Of a DNA stretch of 64,000 bases, positions 9,536 through 19,551 are shown in pieces. This DNA comes from Candidatus Bathyarchaeum tardum (GTDB taxonomy: Archaea; Thermoproteota; Bathyarchaeia; Bathyarchaeales; Bathyarchaeaceae), in contig CP122380.1 in the NCBI GenBank assembly GCA_024650005.2, positions 1,920,001-1,984,000 of the forward strand, given 5' to 3'. The notes under the pieces are model-generated. The model saw nothing but the letters and a program-made list of their open reading frames with translations. It ran no database searches and was not told where the DNA came from. How positions within the stretch are numbered: position 1 is the stretch's first letter; every line of letters starts with the position of its first letter. The translations under genes were made by a program, and so were the position numbers.

Positions 9536-10059
9536 TACTTTTTTGCCCCCTCTTTTTTCAACTCAAAATTAATTAGGTCACCTAAAGTAGCTCCAGAAGG
9601 CTTAGAAGTTGAATCAAATTTATTATCAGACTCAACAACAGGCACACGAAGAGTAATCTTCAAAGTGTGCTCAAGTTTTTCTGCAAGCCCAAGGTCAGGA
9701 ATCATTTTCCCACTTTCAATTTTACGGATAACTGAAACTTTTTCTTGGGTTTTTCTACCTAAATCTTCATGACTTAATCCAAAATCTTCTCTGGCTTGCC
9801 TAATCAAATGGGCATAATCATCTGCAATTTCTAACATTTCAGGAATGCTTGCTTTAGGTTTCCTTTTCGAAAAAACCTGAACGGGTTGACGGCTCATGCT
9901 TTTGTTTAAACGTGGTTTAGGTTGAGGCTTAGGTTCCCAGAAACCTTCACTAAGTTTGCCACATTGACTACAAACAGTCATTTGAACGCCTTCAATTATT
10001 CCCCGAATAGGGGTGCCAAAAATTTTTCGACCACAAACTTCGCACTGCAAAAGAATCAT
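9535..10059 (-). CDS. mbf1: Archaeal multiprotein bridging factor aMBF1 (zinc ribbon + HTH)
   Basis: CEVCG...VCSQC, IRQARE..GLSHEDLG...KIESGKMIP and C-terminal TLGD motif. Confidence 0.92.
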   Translation of the reverse strand: MILLQCEVCGRKIFGTPIRGIIEGVQMTVCSQCGKLSEGFWEPKPQPKPRLNKSMSRQPVQVFSKRKPKASIPEMLEIADDYAHLIRQAREDFGLSHEDLGRKTQEKVSVIRKIESGKMIPDLGLAEKLEHTLKITLRVPVVESDNKFDSTSKPSGATLGDLINFELKKEGAKK

Positions 10060-10229
10060 TCACCAATTACTTCATCGTAGACCGATTCTTTATAGTTGTC
10101 GATTCTCTGCCATGCCTGATTAACTCTGCCCTTTAACAGGTAAATGCAGTAAACCTTTGATTTTTTGACATAATCCGCAAATTATTTAGGGAGACAAGAA
10201 CTATCATTATTCTGTGGAGTATTGATTTT

Positions 10230-10469
10230 ATGCCTATGGCTTTTGTTTTAATAAACACGGAAATAGGATGCGAAAGTGAAGTCTTGAACGAATTACGAAA
10301 GATCGATGCAGTAAAAGAATCTTACATGGTTTATGGAGTCTATGATGTTGTAGCCAAAGTCGGCGCAGACACCATGGAAAAACTCAAAGAAATCGTCACA
10401 TGGAATGTCCGGAGACTGGATAAAGTTCGGTCAACCCTAACAATGATTGTTATCGAGGGCCAAAAGTAA
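10230..10469 (+). CDS. Lrp/AsnC ligand-binding (RAM) domain protein
   Basis: AFVLINTEIG, VYGVYDVVAKV and VRSTLTMIV motifs. Confidence 0.9.
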   Translation: MPMAFVLINTEIGCESEVLNELRKIDAVKESYMVYGVYDVVAKVGADTMEKLKEIVTWNVRRLDKVRSTLTMIVIEGQK

Positions 10470-10576
10470 CCTCCACCTCCCCTCTTTTCTTACTGTTTTT
10501 TGAACCAAGAAAACTTCTTTGTAACTGAATGTTCTTATCCCAAAAACAATTAAATACACTGAGCGGACGCTAAACA

Positions 10577-11899
10577 ATGGTTAAGCTGCACATTGGATTC
10601 GACGACACAGACTCACCAAATGGAGGCTGCACCACATACATTGCTGCTATTCTTGTTGAAAAATTAAGCAACATAGGTGTCACTTTTCTAGATTATCCAA
10701 GATTAATCAGGCTTAACCCAAATGTTCCATGGAAAACCCGTGGCAACGGAGCATTATGTATTTCTGTTGAATGTGATGAAAATCTTGTTCCCAAAATAAA
10801 AAAAACAGTTTTAGAAACAGTTGAAACCAACTCCAAACTAGGCTATAAAGAGACCAATCCGGGAATTGTTTTTGTTTTTGGAGAAGTTCCCCAACAAGTC
10901 AAAGATTTTGCAACAAAAGCAAAACAAAGTATGCTAAAAGTACAAGACGCCATAGCCCTTGCTAATCAGGTAAAGGCTGAAATTATTAAATTCAAAAAGG
11001 GGCGAGGAACTATTGGGGGTCTAGCTGCCATCGGGGAAGATTTGAAGGAAGACCACACTTTTGAGATCATAACTTACAGATCTCCCGAAAATCTCACTGT
11101 ACCTCGACAAATCCAAGCCTCATCAGTAAAAAGGATGAATGAAAATTGTCCCCGTACTTTTAACAATATGGACCCTCAAACAGGCAGAGTTCTCATAACG
11201 CCAAGAGGTCCAGATCCTATTCTTTGTGGAATCCGTGGAGAAACTGCACAAGCAGTAAAAGATGCTTACAAGATGCTTATAATAAATGAACCAGTAGAAC
11301 GATGGATAATTTTCCGTACAAACCAAGGAACTGATGCCCACCTGCGTAGGGTCAGCACTATTAACCAGATACAGCCCCACAATCCTGTAGTCGTGAAAGG
11401 TGTGGTGTCAAAAGCGCCTGAAATAATTCAAGGAGGTCATGTAATTTTTGGCCTTAAAGATGAAACAGGTGAAGTTGATTGTGCAGCTTACAAACCGACA
11501 GTTACTTTATGTAATGTTGCACGAAAAATGATACAAGGGGATATCATAAAAGTTTATGGTGGAATTCGTGAACTGTCAACAAATCAGCTAACGATTAATC
11601 TTGAGAAAATACATGTTTTGGAACTTGTTCCCAAACAGATGTTTGTTAATCCAGTTTGTCTTGAATGTGGGAAACGTATGAAGTCTATGGGTGTGAATCA
11701 AGGCTTCCGATGTGACAAATGTGGTTTTCGTTCTTCTGACCTAACAAAAATTAAGGTCAATGAAGAACGGGATATCACGACTGGTTTGTACATTACCTCA
11801 CCACGATCTCAGAGGCATCTAACAAAACCTCATTGTCGATATGGAAAAGAGAAATCGGGTAAACCTGACACGATGATAAAAAAATGGTACCAGTTCTAG
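10577..11899 (+). CDS. tiaS: tRNA(Ile2) agmatinylcytidine synthase
   Basis: IGFDDTDS..GGCTTY, LNPNVPWKTRGNGA, PRGPDPIL.GIRG, TNQGTDAH, C-terminal zinc ribbon and RHLTKP. Confidence 0.95.
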   Translation: MVKLHIGFDDTDSPNGGCTTYIAAILVEKLSNIGVTFLDYPRLIRLNPNVPWKTRGNGALCISVECDENLVPKIKKTVLETVETNSKLGYKETNPGIVFVFGEVPQQVKDFATKAKQSMLKVQDAIALANQVKAEIIKFKKGRGTIGGLAAIGEDLKEDHTFEIITYRSPENLTVPRQIQASSVKRMNENCPRTFNNMDPQTGRVLITPRGPDPILCGIRGETAQAVKDAYKMLIINEPVERWIIFRTNQGTDAHLRRVSTINQIQPHNPVVVKGVVSKAPEIIQGGHVIFGLKDETGEVDCAAYKPTVTLCNVARKMIQGDIIKVYGGIRELSTNQLTINLEKIHVLELVPKQMFVNPVCLECGKRMKSMGVNQGFRCDKCGFRSSDLTKIKVNEERDITTGLYITSPRSQRHLTKPHCRYGKEKSGKPDTMIKKWYQF

Positions 11900-14532
11900 T
11901 TTATCATGTAACATTTTTTTCCATATTCATTTATTTCAGGTATTGATATACAGAATTTTGCGCCTTTACCCCAAACCCCAGTTTCTTCAATTGCCCAGCC
12001 GTAAGATTCACAAGTTTTTTTGATTAAATAAAGTCCGTAACCTGTGCCTTTACCGTAGCCTTCGTTGAAAATTTTATTTTTTTCCGGTTTGGGTATGCCG
12101 CCACCATCATCCTCATAAACCAGCATCAATTTATTTTCAAGTTCTTCAAAGAAAAATTTGATTTGAGTAACATTTTTGCCATGGATAAGTGAGTTATCCA
12201 TTAGATTGTAGAACATTTGCCGCAGTAAAGAGTCTGCTAAAACTACTAGTCCGTCACAGTTGTTCACAAATTTTTTGTCATCTGAACCTGAAAGCAGCAT
12301 GATGGCTTCATTAACACTTTTGCATACATCAATGTATGTTATGTCTTCTGTGCCTACCTTTTCACAGATTCTAGCGAACTCAAAAATTTCTCCAATTTGG
12401 ACAGAAATTGCTTCAATGGCATCTAAACAGGTTGAGGGATCTAAGTTTTCAGTTAATCTTTTTTTGGCAATGAAAACGTTGTTGAGTATCACTGAAAGTT
12501 TATTTCGGGCATCATGACGAGTTAATTTACCGACCACCCCTAGTTTTTCATTTAATCGTGATAAATTCATCAATGTTTTTCGCAGATTTTCTTCGGTTTT
12601 TTTGCTTTCAGTGATATCTAAGAAAACACCGACTGTCGAATAGATTTTTCCGTCCCGATATATGGGTTTGGCAGTTCCCCGTACAATTATTTCTTTTCTA
12701 TTTTTGGTAAGAAAAACTGCTTCAACATCTTCAACAAGCTCTCCACTTATCACTTTTTTAAAGTGCATCATGCAGTGCTCATGGTAATCTTTTCGTATTA
12801 TATCCATCAATGTCAGATTTTTTAGATCTCCATCAGTGTATCCTAAACTTTTTTTCCAGTGTTCATTTACATAAACAAATTTGCCATTTGCATCAACTGA
12901 TTGAACTATAACATGTGCAGTGTCAAGCAAGGCTCTAAGTTTTGTTTCATTTTCACGTAAAGAGTTGACCATTTCTTTACGTCTTGAAATGTCAACAGCG
13001 AGTTCTAAAGCCAATATAGTTTTTCCATTTTCTTTAATTGGTGTAGAATATACTTCAAGCCAACGAGACTGCCCATCAGGGTCAAGCACCTTTTGCTGAT
13101 GTACAACTAGTGCTCTGCCTGTTTCAAAAACTTCCTTGGCTCCACACTCAGGACACATATCGTTACGATTATGAAAAATTTCGTAACAACGTTTACTTGT
13201 TAATTCAAGATTTTTGTTGTTAACATAAGCATTAGCCCATTCTACACGAAAATCTGGGGTGATTGTTGCAATTTTAACCCCCATTTTTTCAGTGAGATAG
13301 TCCACCATTTTGCGGTGTCTTTTCAGTTTTTTAATTATTTTTTTATGTTCAGTGATATCAGTTATTGTTCCAAGAATTGCAAACTGACCGTTGTATTTGA
13401 TTAATTTTGTAGTGGTTATAGTGTCGATTGTCTTCCCATTTTTTGTCAGTAAGGAATATTCATGGGGCGGAATTTCTTCTCCTTTCATATGTTTAAGAAA
13501 ATTTGTTTCCACTCTTTGTCTGGATTCTGCAGAGATCATATCAAGGAAGTTGAAACCATCCGAATAAAGTTCATCTTTTGTGTACCCCATTAATTCTGCA
13601 CATGTTTGATTTGCATAAACCACGTTCCCATTTTGATTGATAAATATCATGTTTGGTGACTGCTCGGCTAATGTTCTGAATTTTTCTTCAGATTCTTTGG
13701 TTTTTTGTTCCATTTGTTTTTGTTCAGTGATATCTCTAAATATTACTTGAAGTCCTACAAGCTCCCCTTTTTGTTTAAGTAACCCAATACGGGCATCAGA
13801 AGAACGTTGGGTTCCATCTTTGCAAGTATAATTAAAGTCAAAATTATCAGGAAATTTTCCGTTCAAAAAAGAATCAATCAGTTCTGTATAATTTGGCGGA
13901 GGCTCTTTTTGCAACGCAGCCAATTGGGTGAAATGTTTCCCTAGAAAATCTTCTTTGGAAAAACCAGTTCGATCCAAAACAGCTTGGTTTACTGAAGTGA
14001 TTATTCCATAAGCATTTACAGAAACAATGCCGTCAGGAGAAAGTTCAACAATTGTTCTATATTTCTCTTCAGATTGTCTTAGCGCTTCTTCCACTTTTCT
14101 TTCAGCAACACTGTGACGGATCCCATGAATAAGTTCACCATAAACTGTTTCGGGGGATCCAAATTTGTTAAAGTATCTATCTGCACCAAGATTAAGGGCC
14201 TTGATTGCTACTTCTTCTCTGTCTTTTCCAGTAAACAAAATAAATGGAATATCATTTCGGTTCTCTCGCAATTGCTTCAAAAAATCCAATCCGCTTTTCA
14301 GGGGCATCTGATAATCTGAAACAATAGCATCAAACGTTTTTTCACTCATTTTCTGCAAGGCTTCGTCAACAGAAAAAGCAAGTTCTACAGTAAATCCTCC
14401 TTTTAATTCCAAAAGTTGTTTTGTGGTTTTGAGAAATTTTTCTTCATCATCTACACATAAAACTGAAACCAGTTTGTTTGCAAGAAATTCGTTGATATCA
14501 TAAGATAATTGTTGATTGTTTTTGTTTTCCAT
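11896..14532 (-). CDS. Hybrid sensor histidine kinase (REC, four PAS domains, HisKA, HATPase)
   Basis: Receiver domain VLCVDDE...SDYQMP, repeated PAS ends (RDITE, DITE, DISRR), H-box RHDARNKL, N-box NLMDNS, DDGGGI and GTGYGLY. ATG at 14532 preferred. Confidence 0.92.
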   Translation of the reverse strand: MENKNNQQLSYDINEFLANKLVSVLCVDDEEKFLKTTKQLLELKGGFTVELAFSVDEALQKMSEKTFDAIVSDYQMPLKSGLDFLKQLRENRNDIPFILFTGKDREEVAIKALNLGADRYFNKFGSPETVYGELIHGIRHSVAERKVEEALRQSEEKYRTIVELSPDGIVSVNAYGIITSVNQAVLDRTGFSKEDFLGKHFTQLAALQKEPPPNYTELIDSFLNGKFPDNFDFNYTCKDGTQRSSDARIGLLKQKGELVGLQVIFRDITEQKQMEQKTKESEEKFRTLAEQSPNMIFINQNGNVVYANQTCAELMGYTKDELYSDGFNFLDMISAESRQRVETNFLKHMKGEEIPPHEYSLLTKNGKTIDTITTTKLIKYNGQFAILGTITDITEHKKIIKKLKRHRKMVDYLTEKMGVKIATITPDFRVEWANAYVNNKNLELTSKRCYEIFHNRNDMCPECGAKEVFETGRALVVHQQKVLDPDGQSRWLEVYSTPIKENGKTILALELAVDISRRKEMVNSLRENETKLRALLDTAHVIVQSVDANGKFVYVNEHWKKSLGYTDGDLKNLTLMDIIRKDYHEHCMMHFKKVISGELVEDVEAVFLTKNRKEIIVRGTAKPIYRDGKIYSTVGVFLDITESKKTEENLRKTLMNLSRLNEKLGVVGKLTRHDARNKLSVILNNVFIAKKRLTENLDPSTCLDAIEAISVQIGEIFEFARICEKVGTEDITYIDVCKSVNEAIMLLSGSDDKKFVNNCDGLVVLADSLLRQMFYNLMDNSLIHGKNVTQIKFFFEELENKLMLVYEDDGGGIPKPEKNKIFNEGYGKGTGYGLYLIKKTCESYGWAIEETGVWGKGAKFCISIPEINEYGKKCYMIN

Positions 14533-14813
14533 TTTTTGCAAAGTCCCCAATAATCTGTGTAATTGCAGTAAATTTGAGATACTCATGTGTTGTTTGAATT
14601 TTAAACACAATTACTCAACTTTAGAACATGCATTAAAAACATTCGGTGGTAAATCAGAATCAACTTTCTTTTGTGCCTTGAAAAAAAGATTTTCAAATCA
14701 AAGATTGATATCCACCACAAGGGAGCTATTGATTCAATAGAGTTGATAAGGAAATATTGCAGTAAACTTAAATGCGTCTGCAGAAAAGTAACGGACTGGA
14801 ACAAGGAGATATC

Positions 14814-16244
14814 ATGAAATTTTCGTTCATCAATCCCGGACCAAATCCTGAGATGGCCATCGAAGATGTTAAAAAAATGGTAGGAGCAGCTCCACCTTTG
14901 GGCATGTTATATATTGCAACTTACCTACAGGAAAACGGAATTGATATCTCAATAATAGACGAAGCCCCAAAAGGCAACTCACTAAAAGATACCGTAGACT
15001 GGGTAAAAAAAGAAAACCCCGACATTCTTGGTTTTTCTACCTGTAGCGCTAATGGCAGAAAAGCAACACTTATTGCAGAAACTGTAAAAAAAGAAAACCC
15101 CAACATTTCAGTTGTTTTCGGTAACTTTTTTGCCACTTTTAATGCAGAACGGATTTTGAAAAAATATCCTGCAGTGGACTTTATCGTTCGAGGTGAAGGA
15201 GAACACACAAGTCTTGAGTTGACTCAATGTTTAAAAAAAAATGGTGACCTCAAGAAAGTTTTGGGAATTAACTTCAGAAATAACGGCGAAATAGTTTCAA
15301 CCCCTGACCGACCTTTAATAAAGGACATTAACTCGTTGCCCTTTCCTGACAGATCCTTGTTGGATATTGATTATCATAACACTACTGCGGGGGTGGTTGT
15401 TGCTCCTAAAAAGTTCAGTAACTTTGTTACTTCTCGGGGCTGTGTTTACAAGTGCCGTTTTTGTGGGTGCAGGCGATTGGCTCGGACTCTTTGGCGGTCT
15501 AGGTCTGTGGACAACATTATGGAAGAAATGCATTTTTTGAGCAGCCAAGGTTACAAGCAGTTCATGTTTGTAGATGACAATTTTACTTTAAATCCGAAAC
15601 GGGTTATCAAACTGTGCCGAAGATTAAAAGATGAAAAAGTTGATGTGGAATTTTTTGCAGAAGGCAGAGTTGATCATTGTCCTCAAGAGATGTTGCAAGA
15701 AATGTATCGGGCAAACTGCAAGATGATTTATTTTGGCATCGAAAACGGCACACAGAAAATTTTAGATTATTATGATAAAGAAATAACGCCCCAACAGGCT
15801 ATGGATGCAGTTAAGCGGGCAAGAAACGTTGGAATCGACGTTATTGTTGCTTCGTTTATTGTTGGTGCGCCTCATGAAACAAGGCAAGAGATTTGGAACA
15901 CTCTAAAGTTTGCCCAAAAACTGCAAGTAGACATCCCACAATTCAACATTTTAGCCACTTTCCCCGGAACGGACATCTGGGAAGAACTCAAAACCCAAGG
16001 TTTAGTCGATGAAGAAAAACACTGGGAAACAGGAGTTATGGTTTCTGATGTTTGTTCTGACGCGGTTCCTGCTAAAGAAGTTGAACAAATGATTCATGAC
16101 GCGTATCAGGATTTCTTTATTCGACCCAGTTATATTGTGAAGCAGTTGACCAAATTTGTTACAAGCTCGTACAGGCGCAATGTTTTGATTAATAACCTCA
16201 AACGCGCCGACGCAGTTGCAGACGGCATTAAAATGGTCACTTAA
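14814..16244 (+). CDS. Cobalamin-binding radical SAM enzyme (class B methyltransferase-like)
   Basis: PPLGMLYIA B12-binding N-terminus, GEGE, TSRGCVYKCRFC, DDNF and GIENG; an SD (GGAG) precedes ATG at 14814. Confidence 0.9.
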   Translation: MKFSFINPGPNPEMAIEDVKKMVGAAPPLGMLYIATYLQENGIDISIIDEAPKGNSLKDTVDWVKKENPDILGFSTCSANGRKATLIAETVKKENPNISVVFGNFFATFNAERILKKYPAVDFIVRGEGEHTSLELTQCLKKNGDLKKVLGINFRNNGEIVSTPDRPLIKDINSLPFPDRSLLDIDYHNTTAGVVVAPKKFSNFVTSRGCVYKCRFCGCRRLARTLWRSRSVDNIMEEMHFLSSQGYKQFMFVDDNFTLNPKRVIKLCRRLKDEKVDVEFFAEGRVDHCPQEMLQEMYRANCKMIYFGIENGTQKILDYYDKEITPQQAMDAVKRARNVGIDVIVASFIVGAPHETRQEIWNTLKFAQKLQVDIPQFNILATFPGTDIWEELKTQGLVDEEKHWETGVMVSDVCSDAVPAKEVEQMIHDAYQDFFIRPSYIVKQLTKFVTSSYRRNVLINNLKRADAVADGIKMVT

Positions 16245-16480
16245 GGAACAATTCTTGTTTGAGGGGGATACTCAAAACCTTCAAAGAGAGCTAATTATTG
16301 ATTTGCTGTTTCTTAAAGAGTATAAGTCTCGCAGGTCTAACGACAAGCTCCTAAGTGATAAAAACAGGATGAAATGGATGCAGGTTAGTTAAAAGTAGTT
16401 AGCCAAGCAGGATTTGATGCTAAAGAAAGTAACAGTTGAAACGTTTGTGTGAACTAATCATGAACGAGCTTCAAGACTGT

Positions 16481-17497
16481 CTATGTGAGTGGTTTGTTCT
16501 TTTTTGTTTTGAAATGAAGTACCATTGCTATTCCTAGGAAAGTAAAGGATAAGCACCAAAAGTATGGGTTATGAAGAGGCCCAATAACTTCGTACCAAAC
16601 GCTAGGATTTGCTTCGTATCCGCCAGTGAAATAATAAAGGATCACATTGAACAGGAAATAACTTCCTAAAGCAGTTACCAGTACGCTGATGTGTTTGAAT
16701 TCTAATTGAGTAGGCTTCTTTTGAATAGCGGGTAAGGTGAGTTTTAATCCAAATATAGCTAGTAGTAAAAGACCAAAAACTGTGACAACAAAACTAATGA
16801 AATTAAAGGGCAAAAGTAAAAACTCTAATCCAAATTGCTGATATGCCTTAGTAGTATAAGGAACCAAAACTCCAGCCCAAGACATGGAATAATTAAACCA
16901 AAAGACTACAAAAAGGTAAACTACGCCAGTAATGCATGCCCATTTAGTGATCTCTTGATTGCCTGCTTTGTGGTTAATTTTTTTTCTTAGATTTAGCAAA
17001 CTAGGAGTTACAATTAGAATCATTGATAGTAAGGGTACCCCAGCAACTAGGAGATAAACTAAAGCTGGAGTGCCATCAAAATAGTAAAGGGGCTCGTCTG
17101 AAAAAAAGTAGACAAAAGAACCGACAACAGAAAGACCTAAAGAAACGAAATGAATCGCCTCAAGAAGTAAAGCTTTAGTTACTGCTTTCTTAATCAGAGG
17201 AAACGCCAATTCTTCTTTTCTCCAAAACAAATAACCCGAATATGCTGCAAAACAACCAGCAAAAACCCGAAGAAAACCAGCTACAGTGCCAAAAACTCCT
17301 TCACTGCCATAATATAAAATGATCCACCACCAAGGATTCTTGCTCACTAAATTGTAGACGTACTGGTCAGAAATTAATCCAACAGTAAAAGTTAATCCAA
17401 AAATCAAAAAATATATAGCATATCCAAAATAGCAAAGAGTAACAATAAAAATCCAGAACCGATATGAACCTAATTGATTTTTTAGCCAGTTTCCCAT
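16481..17497 (-). CDS. Polytopic membrane protein of unknown function
   Basis: About 8 hydrophobic segments; directly downstream of a membrane-bound wHTH gene. Confidence 0.75.
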   Translation of the reverse strand: MGNWLKNQLGSYRFWIFIVTLCYFGYAIYFLIFGLTFTVGLISDQYVYNLVSKNPWWWIILYYGSEGVFGTVAGFLRVFAGCFAAYSGYLFWRKEELAFPLIKKAVTKALLLEAIHFVSLGLSVVGSFVYFFSDEPLYYFDGTPALVYLLVAGVPLLSMILIVTPSLLNLRKKINHKAGNQEITKWACITGVVYLFVVFWFNYSMSWAGVLVPYTTKAYQQFGLEFLLLPFNFISFVVTVFGLLLLAIFGLKLTLPAIQKKPTQLEFKHISVLVTALGSYFLFNVILYYFTGGYEANPSVWYEVIGPLHNPYFWCLSFTFLGIAMVLHFKTKKNKPLT

Positions 17498-17582
17498 ATT
17501 CGATTCCCTCAAACAAATCCAGATTCAACTAGTTTTTTTCTTAAAATTTATTCACAAAGTTTTCGTATTTAGTTCTACTCAA

Positions 17583-17610
17583 GGAACAGTTTGTTCCAGA
17601 ACTGGAACAA
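17583..17610. promoter_or_regulatory. Overlapping palindromes GGAACA-N3-TGTTCC and TTGTTCCAG-AA-CTGGAACAA, probable operator
   Basis: Read directly at 17583-17597 and 17591-17610, between the wHTH gene and the membrane protein gene. Confidence 0.5.
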
Positions 17611-17622
17611 CAAAAAGTTAGT

Positions 17623-18069
17623 TTATGTCCAGTCAATTAATGGTTTGTGCTTTTTCCATTTAATTCCTTCAGCCAAGAACATTCCAGCAGATACTACTGT
17701 GACAACAGTTAGCAACCAAAATGAGCCTTCAACTGAGGTTGCAGCCAAAAGGTGAGGTATTAAAATACCAATTTCAATAATTAGTGCAACTAAGAAAACA
17801 AGTCCAAAAATAATAAAGCGAGGAATAAGGTGTTTTCTTATCCAAACATATCCATTGATTGCAATTTTTTCTTTAACAACATAATTACTGTAATTGTCCT
17901 TGTGCACCAAATCCATGTCTATGAGTTTTTGCAGATTCCTGTAGGCAACACTTGGGCTAGTTAGTTTTGCGCCTCGCATTACTTCTCGGGGGCCAACAGG
18001 TTTTCCAGTTTTAACTAAAAAAAGGTAAGTTCGCATTCCTGTTTTGGTTAGGTCTTCTTTATGTTGCAT
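17623..18069 (-). CDS. Membrane-anchored winged-helix transcription regulator
   Basis: GKPVGPREVMRGAKLTSPSVAYRNLQKLIDMDLV wHTH followed by two TM helices. Confidence 0.82.
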   Translation of the reverse strand: MQHKEDLTKTGMRTYLFLVKTGKPVGPREVMRGAKLTSPSVAYRNLQKLIDMDLVHKDNYSNYVVKEKIAINGYVWIRKHLIPRFIIFGLVFLVALIIEIGILIPHLLAATSVEGSFWLLTVVTVVSAGMFLAEGIKWKKHKPLIDWT

Positions 18070-18166
18070 GAGTTGGTGACCTGCTTTCCAAGAAATATTC
18101 TATACTATTATCATTCTTTTAAGTAAATATGATAAAAAGCATTCTTCATTACATGGCAGAAATAAG

Positions 18167-18244
18167 TGGTGGGCCGGACCGGATTTGAACCGGCGACCTC
18201 AGCCGCGTAAGGGCTGCATCCTAACCGAGCTAGACAACCGGCCC
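18167..18244 (-). tRNA. tRNA-Val(TAC)
   Basis: Reverse complement GGGCCGG...CAGCC-CTTACGC-GGCTG...GCCGGTTCAAATCCGGT-CCGGCCC-ACCA forms a cloverleaf with encoded CCA. Confidence 0.95.
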
Positions 18245-18339
18245 ATGTTTTACAGTAAGATTTAGTTCTGTCTAATAAAAACTTGGTTTCTTTAGAACAG
18301 ATACTTTTTTTAGGTTTCTTGATGAACACAATAAACTAT

Positions 18340-18427
18340 GCGGGGTTCTCCTAGCCTGGTAGGGAGCAGGCCTGCTAAGTCTGTGGTCCGTAGGGCCACG
18401 CGGGTTCAAATCCCGCACCCCGCGCCA
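18340..18427 (+). tRNA. tRNA-Ser(GCT)
   Basis: GCGGGGT/ACCCCGC acceptor stem, CAGGC-CTGCTAA-GTCTG anticodon arm, long variable arm, G73 discriminator and CCA. Confidence 0.92.
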
Positions 18428-18589
18428 TTTTGCATCTGTTAATATTGAGAGTTTTTTCTTGAGTTGGAACTTGTAGTTGTTTTGGTTTTCCACATTCTTT
18501 TGTTATTCAATTTTTGTGTTGTTTTTGAGTGATATAATGTTTTTATAATGTTGCAGTAAATTATATCCTGTTTACTAGGGGTTAAATCA

Positions 18590-19072
18590 ATGAAGTGTCC
18601 AGTTTATCGTAGTTGTGTTTTACTAGTTGAAGATGTTGAGAAATCAAAGCATTTTTACAATGTCGTTCTTGGTCAAAAGATTGTAATGGATTTTGGAGAA
18701 AACGTTGGTTTTGAAGGTGGTTTAGCTATTTGGGAGAAAGACTATGCCTTAAATTTGATTTTTCGAGATGAAGCAAAGAAAATCTGTGTTGGGTCTAATA
18801 ATTCTGAAATCTATTTTGAAACTGAAGACCTAGATAACTTGTATGAGCGGTTAATGAAACAAAAAGTAACGGCTATTCATCCAGTAACTGAACATCCATG
18901 GGGCCAAAGAGCCTTTAGAGTCAGAGACCCAGACGGTCACATAGTAGAGTTTGGGGAATCAATGGAAACTGTGGTTAGACGATTAAACATGAAAGGTTTG
19001 AGTCTAGAAGAAATTGCTAAAAAATCTTTGATGCCTGTAGAGTTCATTAAAATGGCTATAAACAAACAATGA
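18590..19072 (+). CDS. VOC/glyoxalase family protein with a short C-terminal HTH-like tail
   Basis: VEDVEKSKHFY..VLG, IYFETEDLD and EHPWGQRAFRVRDPDGHIVEFGE motifs. Confidence 0.88.
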   Translation: MKCPVYRSCVLLVEDVEKSKHFYNVVLGQKIVMDFGENVGFEGGLAIWEKDYALNLIFRDEAKKICVGSNNSEIYFETEDLDNLYERLMKQKVTAIHPVTEHPWGQRAFRVRDPDGHIVEFGESMETVVRRLNMKGLSLEEIAKKSLMPVEFIKMAINKQ

Positions 19073-19110
19073 GTCTACAATACAACATGTGGCTTTTGAA
19101 AGGGTAATGT

Positions 19111-19548
19111 TTGTTATTAGTTCATGGTGAACTAGACTTGAAAGATAACTTTGATGCAAAACTAGTTAGTCAATGTGGAATCAACTGTGGAGCTTGTGTT
19201 GCCTTTTTTGGGTATACAATGGCTGGAAAAGAGCGATTACACCCTTGTCTGGGTTGTCGAACACGAAAATCCTTGTGTGCTTTTATTAAAAAAGGATGCA
19301 AACGGATAGCAGAAAAAAAGCCAGTTGATTACTGTTTTGATTGCTCAGATTTTGCATGTGAGAACCTAGCAAAGATTGACTACGTTTATCGTACAAAGTA
19401 CGAAATGAGTTTGATTGAAAACCTTAAGTTCATCAAGGAAAAGGGCATGGATGCATTTTTAGAAAATGAGAAACAAAAATGGACGTGTCCCAAATGTGGT
19501 GGAGTAATATGTATCCACACAAAACGATGCTACAGATGCAACCTGTGA
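19111..19548 (+). CDS. DUF3795 family Cys-rich protein
   Basis: CGINCGAC, CLGCR, YCFDC.DFAC and WTCPKCGG.IC.H..RCYRC. The true start may be TTG at 19138. Confidence 0.82.
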   Translation: MLLVHGELDLKDNFDAKLVSQCGINCGACVAFFGYTMAGKERLHPCLGCRTRKSLCAFIKKGCKRIAEKKPVDYCFDCSDFACENLAKIDYVYRTKYEMSLIENLKFIKEKGMDAFLENEKQKWTCPKCGGVICIHTKRCYRCNL

Positions 19549-19551
19549 AAA

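Noticed and set aside
16245-16480. Possible ncRNA or gene relic in the intergenic gap
   Set aside because: No convincing stem, box motif or recognisable peptide in any frame.
17583-17597. NrpR operator
   Set aside because: The spacing is GGAA-N7-TTCC rather than the N6 known for NrpR, and no nitrogen gene is adjacent.
18340-18427. tRNA with a Leu-like body (GCGGGG acceptor, CGTAGG in the variable arm) but a Ser anticodon, as a possible recoding tRNA
   Set aside because: The G73 discriminator, long variable stem and single unpaired base before the T stem all fit ordinary tRNA-Ser.
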